A stretch of DNA of 64,000 nt from Octopus sinensis (taxonomy: Eukaryota). The stretch spans positions 64,914,001 through 64,978,000 of the forward strand of contig NC_043001.1 in assembly GCF_006345805.1 (NCBI RefSeq), in the 5' to 3' direction. Shown here piece by piece: positions 13,680 to 24,703 of this stretch (its first letter is position 1; every line of letters starts with the position of its first letter). The notes beneath the pieces were generated by a model. That model saw nothing but the letters and a program-made list of their open reading frames with translations, searched no databases and had not been told where the DNA came from. The position numbers and the translations under genes were made by a program.

Positions 13680-14074
13680 AGCGGCAGGTGTGTTTGTGTG
13701 GTAAAAAGTTTGCTTTCTAACCACATGGTTGGTTCAGGGTTCAGTCCCACTGTGTGACACCTTGAGCAAGTATCTTCAACTATAGCTCTAGGTTGACTAA
13801 AGCCTTGAGAGTGGATTTGGAAGTATTTGTGTCTGAGTATGTGTGTGTGTGTGTTTATATACATGTCTATGCATGTGCATTAGTCTCCTTGCCTTGACAT
13901 CAAATGATAGTTGTAAACAAGTGTCATCATCATGCAACACTGTCCTTTGTTTCCAAGCAAAACATCTCTGATGGAAAAACATTACCTTACTTGGAAACAG
14001 GTAGGGTTGGTGATAGGAAGGGTATCCTGCTGTAGAAATTCCACTTCAACCCATGTGAGCAGAGAAAAGCGGAC
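13680..14074 (+). mobile_element. tRNA-headed SINE whose tail is interrupted by a TIR element
   Basis: Head GGGTTCAGTCCCACTG..CACCTTGAGCAAG and RTE-type tail AGGAAGGGTATCC; the tail resumes at 15204. Confidence 0.7.
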
Positions 14075-15203
14075 GGATCTTTTCGCTTTGACCGGCAGAT
14101 TTTTTTAGTAATTTCTTTGTAACTAAACACTTTTAAACTTCGTATACTGATAGAATGTGCTTATAAAACATCTTTTTCTCTTGGCTTTACCCTGTGACCA
14201 TAAAATGAGGGGTCACTCGTAAACAGAGCTGGATAACAAAACCGTTCCCTCTTTAGTGTCCACCCATAAATTATGATCCTAGTATCGATCTATTGCATTT
14301 CAATCGGCGAAGTTTCGTACGACAAACGAAACATCGCCTTTTTCGTTTAAGAAAAGTTGTTTAGAGCAAGTTGTTTTACACCTATTACGCTGTTTTTGTT
14401 TTTGTTTTTGTGCCCGGTTCAGACGCTTTCGGAAATTCCCGATATAAATTTTCCGAGGCCTCTTCCCCACCCCTCTTTCGCGAGAGCGCATTTTTTTTGT
14501 CATATTCGTTTAGAGCAAGTTGTTTTACACATATTACACTATTTTTTTTTTGTTTTGGTGCCCGGGTCAGCCCCTCAGACACTTTCGGAACTTCCCGATG
14601 TGAATTTTCCGAGGCCTCTCCCCCACCCCCCTTTCGCGTGCGCGAATTTTTTTTTTCATATTCGTTCATAGGAAGTTGTTTTACACCTATTACACACATT
14701 TTTTTTTTGATTTTCTGATAATCGTAACGCCCTATATTAACCGCCTTTTTTTCTTCAGAAATGTAAATAAACCCAATCTGTTTCTTAAACGAATATATAA
14801 TATGTAATGTGTGCATCTGTGCAACAGAGAGGAAAATTAAAACTGCATATGTTGTGAACTTAGAATATGTGTTTATTAATAAAAGTTTAATTAAACTTTT
14901 ATTAATTAAATTTTATTCATACGAACGTAACTGATATGAAATGTCATAAATAACAGGGACATTTTCATATGACACCGCCAGAAAATGTTGTTGACACACT
15001 ACGGCAGAAATCGTTTTCACCTCAATAGACGTCATTGATTGCAAGAAAATAAACAACAAATATCTTACAAACTACAGAATTTTCACAATAAAGCCAAGAG
15101 AAAAAGATGTTTTATAAACACATTCTACCAGTATACGAAGTTTAAAATTTTTAAGTTACAAAGAAATTATTTTAAAAATATGCCGGTCAAAGCGAAAAGA
15201 TCC
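14075..15203. mobile_element. Non-autonomous DNA transposon with GG termini and 8-bp TSD (Merlin-like)
   Basis: Perfect 23-bp TIR GGATCTTTTCGCTTTGACCGGCA; TSD AAGCGGAC at 14067-14074 and 15204-15211. Superfamily is inferred from the GG ends and 8-bp TSD only. Confidence 0.8.
14350..14743. repeat. Partial copy of the ~155-bp-unit foldback element
   Basis: Near-identical to 18620-19119 and 20337-20663; ends GTAACGCCCTATATTAACC. Confidence 0.8.
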
Positions 15204-15627
15204 AAGCGGACATTAAAATGATGATACTATATATTAATGTTCGTTTATAAGTCAAATCATAATAAAAACAATTTTACATTAAACTGAAGGATTACTCAAT
15301 AGGGTACATATTTATCAATTACAAGAAGGTTGCTATGTGTGTGTCTATATACACAAACATATAGTGAAAATTTACAAAAAAAACATAAGACGAAGACGGG
15401 TGTGTAAACAACAGATGTATTAGTTTAATGTGGTCCATTGCTGTGATATAAGCATCCTCAAAACAAAATGTATTCATGGGGAGAAAACTATTGAAAAACA
15501 TCAATACATGTGAAAGTGACAAAGAAATTAGGAAGGTGGTAATGGAATGTACTAGAAACAGCAGCCGAATCTCCATTAAATCACACACCTTTTCGTCTAA
15601 AAAAAATTTTTTTTATCGAAAAAGCTT

Positions 15628-15902
15628 CTCAGAAGCTACAACAATGCGAGGAAGCGCATTGTGACCAGCGATATGTAGCAACATCCGACAGTCTAGTCGG
15701 TACAGTGATTTGTGTTGTTTTGAGACGAAGGGACAGTTCCAAAATGCCAAATTCCTCTTCTCCCCAGGGCACACGAACTCATCCAAACTTAAGAATCAAC
15801 ATGGCTTTGCTAAGTCAATTGATGTGTTTTCCGTTTGACTTAAAACTTTTGCTACATATCGCTGGTCACAATGCGCCTCCTCGCATTGTTGTAGCATCTG
15901 AG
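15628..15902. repeat. ~55-bp inverted repeat pair (MITE-like)
   Basis: CTCAGAAGCTACAACAATGCGAGG..TGACCAGCGATATGTAGCAA and its reverse complement ending at 15902. Confidence 0.75.
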
Positions 15903-16724
15903 TGATGCCACCCTGAGGCTAGACGGGTAGGGTTAAAACTGTGTCGATCGTAGTAACGTGAAACGAAGCCTTTTGCTCAAAGCCTTTTCGGCGCGCTTTT
16001 CCTTTGCATGCAACTCTTTTCTCATGAGAAGAATATCTCCTCTTCATTTTATAACTCTCCCGTCTTTTTCTTACCATTTCACCATCGTCACATCAACAGA
16101 GATATTAAGGCTGCACAGTAGCAGTCGACAAGGCATGTATAACGATTAAATAAAAAAAAATTGTCTATATCTTCGATCAGTCATTATTCCATTGAGTCAA
16201 CCTCATTATTTTCTACATTTTCTACATTACTTCAAAAGTTCCCGCAAGCCCATATGTAAAAAAAAAAGAAGTTTTTTACGGAAATCGACGGAAAGGTCTA
16301 CTAGAGACGAAAGATCGCCGATCGCCCAAAGGCGATCTTTCTTTGTTGTATTAAGTCCACTGTGAAAAACAGAAATTCGCAAAAATTTTCTGAAAATTCC
16401 TAAAAATGAAAAAGTTGTGGGGTGTCGGTGTGCTTTAAGCAGAATTCCGCCGAAACATTTTTCTCTAAGGTACTACAAATTGAGATCAACTCCGAAAGCA
16501 CGTGTTGCAAAATGACACACGAGGATTTAAAGTACCCACATAACACCTCATAACATTTTTTTAATTTATGGGAATTTTCAGGAAACTTTTGTGAATTTGT
16601 GTTCAACATTCAGGAATTCATACGATTATAGCAGAAAACTCCAATAAATAAAGAAGTTGTGAAGGGTGCTTAAAGTAGAAATATAAAGGACAAAAATTAA
16701 ATAGTTCGGTGTTAATATATTGAT

Positions 16725-16880
16725 TTCAAATTTTGGCACAAAGGTCAGCAAGTTATGAGGAATAATAAGTCGATTACATCGACCCCCGGGACTTATTTTA
16801 TCGACCCCAAAAGAATGAAAGGCAACGTCGACCTCGGCGGAATTTGCTCTCAGAGCGTGGAAAACAAACGTGCTTAACGA
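16725..16880 (-). mobile_element. SINE fragment
   Basis: TTTTATCGACCCC..GAAAGGCAACGTCGACCTCGGCGGAATTTG core, recognised from memory as a common SINE central domain; not checked against a library. Confidence 0.55.
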
Positions 16881-16915
16881 TTTTCCATACTATTAACAAA
16901 GTATAATCAGCTTAC

Positions 16916-17041
16916 CATAAGTTGCGGGAAAGACACTAGTATTCGGAAATCAAAGTAAATCGGTGCTTCAATACCACTTTTCAAAGTAAAATTCCCGAAC
17001 TTGACACATCCTATATCAAATAACTTTACGATAAGCTCCAT
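16916..17041 (-). CDS. UMPS: UMP synthase first coding exon
   Basis: ATG at 17041 with an upstream in-frame TAA. MELIVKLFDIGCVKFGNFTLKSGIEAPIYFDFRILVSFPQLM carries the KFG.F.LKSG..PIY.D.R OPRT motif; 126 nt; GTAAG donor. Confidence 0.92.
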
Positions 17042-17334
17042 AGCGCTGGACGAAGAAAAATGGCTACAAATGAGTTATTTCCCCCTGCTCAGTTTTGGAA
17101 GTTCTTTTTTCATTTCACTACAGATTTGTGTCCCCTGATCCCGATTTGTTTTTAACAAAATTTTCAACTAATACCGCTTAGGGACTGTAAATTCTGAGTA
17201 TCTAATGATTTTTTTTAAAAGAAATTTTCCGATCGGGTGGGGAAAGGAGTTTCGGAAAATTTACCCGACTTTTTTCTTTCAAGAAAACGGGTATCTTTTA
17301 ATGAAATTTTATACAAATACCTTTCGAACAGCAT

Positions 17335-17713
17335 ACTCTTTACTCTTTTACTTGTTTCAGTCATTTGACTGTAGCCATGCTGGAGCACCGCCTTTAGTCG
17401 AGCAAATCGACCCCAGGACTTATTCTTTGTAAGCCTAGTACTTATTATAACGATCTCTTCCGCCGAACCGCTAGATTACGGGGACGTAAACACACCAGCA
17501 TCGGTTGTCAAGCGATGTTGGGGGGGGGGACAAACACAGACACACAAACATACATACACACACACACATACATACATATATATACATATATACGACGGGC
17601 TTCTTTCAGTTTCCGTTTACCAAATCCACTCACAAGGCTTTGGTCGGCTCGAAGCTATAGTAGAAGACACTTGCCCAAGGTGCCACGCAGTGGGACTGAA
17701 CCCAGAACCATGT
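17335..17713 (-). mobile_element. tRNA-headed SINE
   Basis: Reverse of the head at ~13730 (GTGCCACGCAGTGGGACTGAACCC); internal (CA/TA)n; tail TACTCTT repeats. Related copy at 20050-20333. Confidence 0.8.
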
Positions 17714-17772
17714 GATTACGATTATCAAAAGAAATTCGTTGGGAACATTTTTTCCGTGGGTGGGGGAGTTTC

Positions 17773-19380
17773 GGATCTTTTCAAATGTGTGGCCAGGAGC
17801 CCAGATCTTTCTACTTAACTAAATAATTTGAAACTTCGTATGCTGGTACAGTGTTTCAAAACAAGACACAGGTTGGAACTAGTTTATTTGAGAAAAATCT
17901 ATTTTATAACTTTAATCGTAGATTAAAACTGCGAATTTTAACCAATGAGATTGCTTGTTTTCATATTTAATACGTTACTGCATTCTGTTAGTGTGACGTA
18001 GAAAGCAGTTTTGTGACATACACCGAGTAAAAAATTTCATCGTTATTGTTTTGTTTACATGTTAATATTAAGCGTTACGCATATCAGAAAATCAAAAAAA
18101 AAATGTGTGTAATAGGTGTAAAACAACTTCCTATGAACGAATATGAAAAAAAAAATTCGCGCACGCGAAAGGGGGGTGGGGGAGAGGCCTTGGAAAATTT
18201 ATATCGGGAATTTCCGAAGGCGTCTGAACCGGGCACAAAAACAAAAACAAAAACAGCGTAATAGGTGTAAAACAACTTGCTCTAAACGAATATGATGAAA
18301 AAAATGCGCGCTCGCGAAAGGGGGGTGGGGAAGAGGCTTCGGAAATTTCCCATCTTCAGTCCACGGCCTTTAAACTAAGAAAAAATAGTGTAATTGGTAT
18401 AAAACTACTTGTTCTAAACGAGTATCAAGAACACACACTCACACATGAATCATAAACTCCGTATTTTTGTACATATTTCGCAAAAAAAAAAAAATAATAA
18501 AGAGAAGAAATTCTGGAAAAAGTGAAGAAATGTTGGATCTCCGCCATGTGAATCAAAATACGTGTCAGAAACATCTTGAAATACTACAGAAATTATGTTA
18601 CGAAAATGATAATGATAATTTGTTTTTGTTTTTGTGCCCGGTTCAGACGCTTTCGGAAATTCCCGATATAAATTTTCCGAGGCCTCTCCCCCACCCCTCT
18701 TTCGCGAGAGCGCATTTTTTTTGTCATATTCGTTTAGAGCAAGTTGTTTTACACATATTACACTATTTTTTTTTTGTTTTGGTGCCCGGGTCAGCCCCTC
18801 AGACGCTTTCGGAACTTCCCGATGTGAATTTTCCGATGCCTCTCCCCCACCCCTCTTTCGCGAGAGCGCATTTTTTTTGTCATATTCGTTTAGAGCAAGT
18901 TGTTTTACACATATTACACTATTTTTTTTTGTTTTGGTGCCCGGGTCAGCCCCTCAGACGCTTTCGGAACTTCCCGATGTGAATTTTCCGATGCCTCTCC
19001 CCCACCCCCCTTTCGCGTGCGCGAATTTTTTTTTCATATTCGTTCATAGGAAGTTGTTTTACACCTATTACACACATTTTTTTTTGATTTTCTGATATGC
19101 GTAACGCTTTATATTAACCCATTTGTTTACATACCATATGTTTACTACGTCACCAAATTGGTGGTCGAGACGGAGTAAATAATATGAAGCCGAAAGACGG
19201 AATACCATTGGTTAAAATTCTAATTATTAAACAATGTTAAACTTAGAAGTTACAATTCCGTTTTCATTCTGGTTTACAATTAAGTTTACTTTTGACACAT
19301 TCTACCAGAATACGAAGTTTCAAATTGTTTGGTTCAGTAGGAAAAATTTGGAAAAACTGGCTTCACAAATGAAAAGACCC
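17773..19380. mobile_element. Older relative of the GG-TIR element at 14075
   Basis: Imperfect TIRs GGATCTTTTCAAATGTGTGGCCAG and CTGGCTTCACAAATGAAAAGACCC; shared subterminal AAACTTCGTAT..GGTA motif; no clear TSD. Confidence 0.55.
18061..19119. mobile_element. Foldback DNA element with long TIRs built of ~155-bp units
   Basis: GTTAATATTAAGCGTTACGCATATCAG... at 18061 is the reverse complement of ...CTGATATGCGTAACGCTTTATATTAAC at the right end. Unit starts at 18644, 18800 and 18955. Confidence 0.8.
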
Positions 19381-20049
19381 GGGGTGGATGATCAGGAAGC
19401 CCACATAAGTTGGGATTTCTCCGTTTTGAGGGCTATTATTATATTTTTTTTTCACCGCAACCATCGAAATTATATGGCGGGGAGTCTTTTTTCCTGAAAA
19501 AACAGTTTTGAAACTTTTTTCATTCGTCTTCCGGACTGATTTTGGCCATTTTTTTTTTTTTTTTGCACGACACACATGAAAAGCGGCACTGTCATGCCTT
19601 TGGTTGTCAGAAGTGAAAGTAGTCAACTTCGTGTATTTCCGTCAGCTTTATACCTTCGTTAATTTACGCCGTTTACTTACGTACCACCACGCTGTTAAGG
19701 TTTATAAAACAATTGAAGTTCAGTTTAAAGTTTATAAATAAATACATTTCATGTGTAATGTATACACATGTGTATATATATATGTATACACATGTATATA
19801 TATATATGTATACACATGTATATATATATATATATACATGTATAGACACATCTTTAATTAAACTATTGACCGCCTTAAAACGGATTACAGTAAAATAATA
19901 ATAAAAAAAAAAGAATTTTGTAAATATTTTCAGAGGAAAAAGTGTTAAGGGAGATTTGGACAAGATCCTTTAACTGTTGTTTCTAGCACATCTGTCCTCG
20001 TTTCTTTTTCACTCTTTACGTGTCAATATTTTTCTCCCTTTAAACACGT

Positions 20050-20333
20050 TTATTCTTTTATTTGTTTAACTCATTTGACTGCGGCCATACTGGAGCACCG
20101 CCTTCAGTCGAACAAATCGACCCAAGGACTTATTCTTTGTAATCCTAGTACTTATTCTATCGGTCCCTTCTGCGGAACCGTTAAGTTACGGGGATGTAAA
20201 CACACAAACATATATACAAATATATATACGACGGGCTTCTATCAGTTTCCGTCTACCAGATACACTCACAAGGTTTTAGTCAGTCCGAGGCTATAGTAGG
20301 TGCCACGCAGTGGGACTGAACCCGGAACCATGT
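20050..20333 (-). mobile_element. tRNA-headed SINE
   Basis: Aligns by eye to 17335-17713. Confidence 0.75.
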
Positions 20334-20336
20334 AGT

Positions 20337-20663
20337 GGGTCAGACGCTTTCGGAAATTCCCGATATAAATTTTCCGAGGCCTCTCCCCCACCCCTCTTTC
20401 GCGAGTGCGCATTTTTTTTTGTCATATTCGTTTAGAGCAAGTTGTTTTACACATATTACACTATCTTTTTTTTGTTTTGGTGCCCGGGTCAGCCCCTCAG
20501 ACGCTTTCGGAAATTCCCGATGTGAATTTTCCGAGGCCTTTCCCCCACCCCCTTTCGCGTGCGAGCATTTTTTTTTTCCATATTCGTTCATAGGAAGTTG
20601 TTTTACACCTATTACACACATTTTTTTTTGATTCTCTGAATGGCGTAACGCTTTAGTTTAACC
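20337..20663. repeat. Partial copy of the ~155-bp-unit foldback element
   Basis: Near-identical to the right arm of 18061-19119. Confidence 0.8.
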
Positions 20664-21289
20664 GACTATATTTCTTTTAATATTTAGATAATATTTTTAT
20701 TAAGTAGTATTATATTTAAGTAAACTAGTTTTTATTTTATATCAATTTTATGTTTAACTTTTTTATTGTGTGATATATTAAATCTATAGATATTACACAT
20801 TGATATTATTATAATTAGTTTATATATTGGATTTGTGTATATTTGAACTATTTCCAATTTTTTATTGTATTATTCATGACTGGTAATACTATTGGGTATA
20901 TTAATTAGATGCTAAATCATATTATTACATTTAAAATCCAGATAGATTAATTTAATCGTTGAACTTAGTAACTTAGTTTGTTTATCAATATTATTTAGAT
21001 CTTGCTATTATTTTGAGTTTGATCGTTGTTATTATTATTATTATTGTTATTTACTGGTTTTGTAGAGGACTGGTGATTGCGATTGTAAATCTTCATAGTG
21101 TATTGTTCATTGGTTCAAATATTTTTGCACCTTTCTATAATTTGGGGGGGTGAAAAGTTTTTCTTACTTTCCATTAACAAATCATTCTCGCCATTATTTC
21201 ATTTTTATATATATTGATAGATATAAGTTACGATAGATATTAATTCTTATATCTATTTAGTTTTTTTTCTAATATATATATATATATAT

Positions 21290-22181
21290 ATAAATTAATA
21301 AATAAAATATATGCATACATACATACATATATGTACGTACCTACATCTACATGTATATATACATGCATATATAAATATATATATGTGAGTACAGGACACC
21401 ACAAATAGACGTATAACTCAACGAGAAACAAAAACGTAAAAACAAACATGGAAACGGACTTTTTTTAACAACGAAAAACAGAGTACAAGACAAACAATAC
21501 AAGGAAAATTCCCCTTCATCAGCTGTCCCTAGTTCGACTCCATGCGTGTTTCGAAGGTAAGGACAGAACACGACTCGTCGAACTAACCCTTCCTGCGAAA
21601 GAATTAAATAAAATTCCTTTGCAGAGGGGTAAAAACAAGGAAAGAAAAAATGTGACAAAAACAGGACGTAAAAACAATACAAATAAAAAAACAAATACAA
21701 AATAAAAATACAAATACAAAAAAATACAGTACAAGTAAAGAATAAAAACAGGACAAGGAAACAAACATTGAGGGCCTTTTTTTTAGCCTAGACGATGGAA
21801 AAATTAAAGAGCGCAGGAAAAAAGCATGTTCACTTGTAGGAGGCCGCCAGCGAAAGGAAGTGGTCGACTCGGCTGTGTGAGAGATGAGGAGGAGTTAGAG
21901 AGAGAGAGATAGAGAGGAAAGGAAACCATAAAGGATGAAAAATAAGGAGAGAGACAGGCAAAGAGGAAGACAGACAGGAAGGAAGAGAAGGTCAAGCAAA
22001 GGGTTACAGGGTTTCGCGTCATAATTATATATAAAAACTTACTTGGAGAACAGAAAAGAAACGAAACGACGCGAGGGCGCTCAGTCATGCAATAAATTAA
22101 TAAATAAAATATATGCATACATACATACATATATGTACGTACCTACATCTACATGTATATATACATGCATATATAAATATA
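21290..22181. repeat. ~0.9-kb segment bounded by ~90-bp direct repeats within (TA)n; possible Penelope pseudo-LTR remnant
   Basis: ATAAATTAATAAATAAAATATATGCATAC...CATGCATATATAAATATATA occurs at ~21290 and ~22092. The Penelope assignment is inference. Confidence 0.5.
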
Positions 22182-22872
22182 TAATATATATATATATATA
22201 TGTATGTATGTATAAAGTGATCTAACGTATTACATATAATTTAATTTGAGAATTGATTTCGTTAGACAATATATTATTTAATTATTAGGTGGCATATTTA
22301 TTATGTAATATTAAATTTTAAGTTAATTAGATATTATATTAATTGATATTTAGTCAACTATGTTGTAGATTGATATATTAATCTATGGATACTACACATG
22401 TATATTAATTAATTGTCTATATTTGAACCATTTCTTATTTTGATTACAATTTAATGACTTGTACTAGCATTGTGTTTTTTTAATTAATTTTAAAGTATTT
22501 AATAATTTAAGTATTGTTTTAGTGTTCACTTAATGTATATTTAGTATTTTTCATATCTCTATATATAAAACTCAACTTGTGTGTCTGTGTGTGTGTCTGT
22601 GTTTTTAACTTCCCGGCACATCTCCTCCTAGCCAACAAATCGTAGAACCACCAAAAATGGGTCACTTAAAGTTTAGGCGAATAAAAATTGAACTGCGCTA
22701 TTTCTGTTCTGAAATTCATCTCGCAATTGCAAAAATCGATAATGTGTTTGTTTAGGCCTTATCCCATGCATTGAATAGTGAACTTTACTCAGTCAGCTGT
22801 TTGACGTGAACTGTGTTCACCACGCGTGCAAGCATGCGTAAATTGCATGAAAAATTTTAAAAAAAATCAAGA

Positions 22873-22879
22873 TATAAAA
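22873..22879 (+). promoter_or_regulatory. TATA box 29 nt upstream of the Tx1 target duplication
   Basis: TATAAAA at 22873; GAAATTCGGCAAAGAA begins at 22902. Function not shown. Confidence 0.45.
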
Positions 22880-23143
22880 ACGAATCGCCGTGAACATTGT
22901 AGAAATTCGGCAAAGAATTTTTGAAGGAGTCGGTTGTGTTTTTTCACGTGAGCCAAAATATTGTTAAAATTGTGTTGAAATTGTTTGTTTAAAAATTGTT
23001 TGTTAAATTGTTATACTGAACTTTAACTGGTGTTTGAACCAGGAAAACTTTGTTATTCCCCTCCTTTAAGGAGGGGAAATAGTGTGAAATATATTGTGTG
23101 TTTTGACACAATCTAACAAAAAAAAAAATCCATTTGTGTGAAA

Positions 23144-24693
23144 ATGGAAAAAAGAGTTGAACATTTTGCCAATGAAGGTTCACCTTCAAAAAAAGAAAAT
23201 ATTGTAGGTTCACCTACAAAGGAAAAAAATATTGTAGGTTCACCTACAAAGGAAAAAAATATTGTAGGTTCACCTACACAGGAAAAAAATATGATGAAAG
23301 CAGAAAATTCGGAAACAAGTGTACCAGCAGTTGAAAACGTGAAAAAAACGGTTAACTTCGCAGCCGCAGCCGGCAGAAAAACCGAACATATTTTACCAGA
23401 GGACATTGATTACGACAAATACAAGGACAGGTACAAAAGGGAGGGGAACAACATAAAAGCCACCCTCCCACAAGAAATAAAAACCAGCACCATGAAGAAA
23501 ACGGTAATTTTTAAATCTTTTGTAATTAAGGAAAGAAAAATAGAAAAAATAACAAAGGAGCAGGCCGAAAAGTGTCTCAAACCAATATGGACAGACATTG
23601 ATTTCGTTACATGGGGTAAGAAGTATGCAACCATAATGGTTTACTTTAAAGAGGAGGAACAGGCGAGGAACACTCGATCAACCCTCTAAAATCAACAGAT
23701 ATAATTCTTCTCCCTTCGTATATGGGAAGAAGAACAATAAAAATCAAAATAGACGACATACTACCAGAAATTGAGGTAGAAAGCCTCATTCCAGCCCTAT
23801 TTATGGGACTGAAAGAAAAAATCAACATTATAGACATCGTCAGAACCCAGAAGGAGAATTGGAAGGGACAAGCACTACAAATAATAGTGCAAGCGGCGCC
23901 GGAAACGTTAGAGGAGGTGCCTGAATTCATTAATTTCGACGACGAAATAAACTTGCGGGTGGTGGTCGAAGGGCGTAAGCCCAGATGCTACGGGTGTGGA
24001 GAAAAGGGCCACATCCGAGCAGAATGCCCCACCCGCAAGAAAGAAGAAGAAGAAGCAAGGAAAAAAGCTGAAGAAGAGGAGAGGAGGAAGAAAACGACTG
24101 AAACAGAAGAAGGAAAGAAACAAGAGGGGGATGACGATTTCGTGATACCCAGAAAAATGAAAAAAAGAAAAAATACGGACGTAAATATACCCAACCATAA
24201 TACAAAAAAGAGTAACACCCAGGGGGGGAAACCCACCCCACCCAAACACGGTTCTCCACAAAAGGAAAAAAAAGATAAGACCCCCCCAGACCAACACGAA
24301 TCACCCCCACCCCACAGTACCATACATTACCCTCCCCTCCAAATGACCTCCCCGTGCTCCTCCCCTACATACTCCCCAAACTCCTCCTCCCCCTTCTCCC
24401 CATCACCCCCACAAAGCCCCCAAAAGAAAATCACGGAGTTCCAAGTAGTTTATGCAGCCATCAACAAAGACAACGACAGTTTAAGCAGCGGAATGGGAAA
24501 CATCCCAACCGCTGAAAAAATACAAACGCACAGAAAATTTTTAAAAAATGTAGAAATATACAAAATGGATTTGCTAAACTTTAATATTTTAAATGCGCAG
24601 TATTCAGGGGACATAAAGGGTCCGCGGCTCGATGTACACGAGTCACTTATTAAAGCGGACTTCACCCCCCGACCAACAAGGACACCGACATAA
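23144..24693 (+). CDS. Tx1 ORF1 (CCHC zinc knuckle), one 1-nt frameshift near 23670
   Basis: ORFs 23138-23689 and 23722-24693 join when compared with copy 3; CYGCGEKGHIRAEC. Confidence 0.85.
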
Positions 24694-24703
24694 AGGTAAG
24701 TAA

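Noticed and set aside
21505-21570. Second hammerhead (minus strand has GAAAC and CTGATGA)
   Set aside because: The motifs are in permuted order and I could not build canonical stems I-III; GAAGG/CCTTC pairing would consume core bases.
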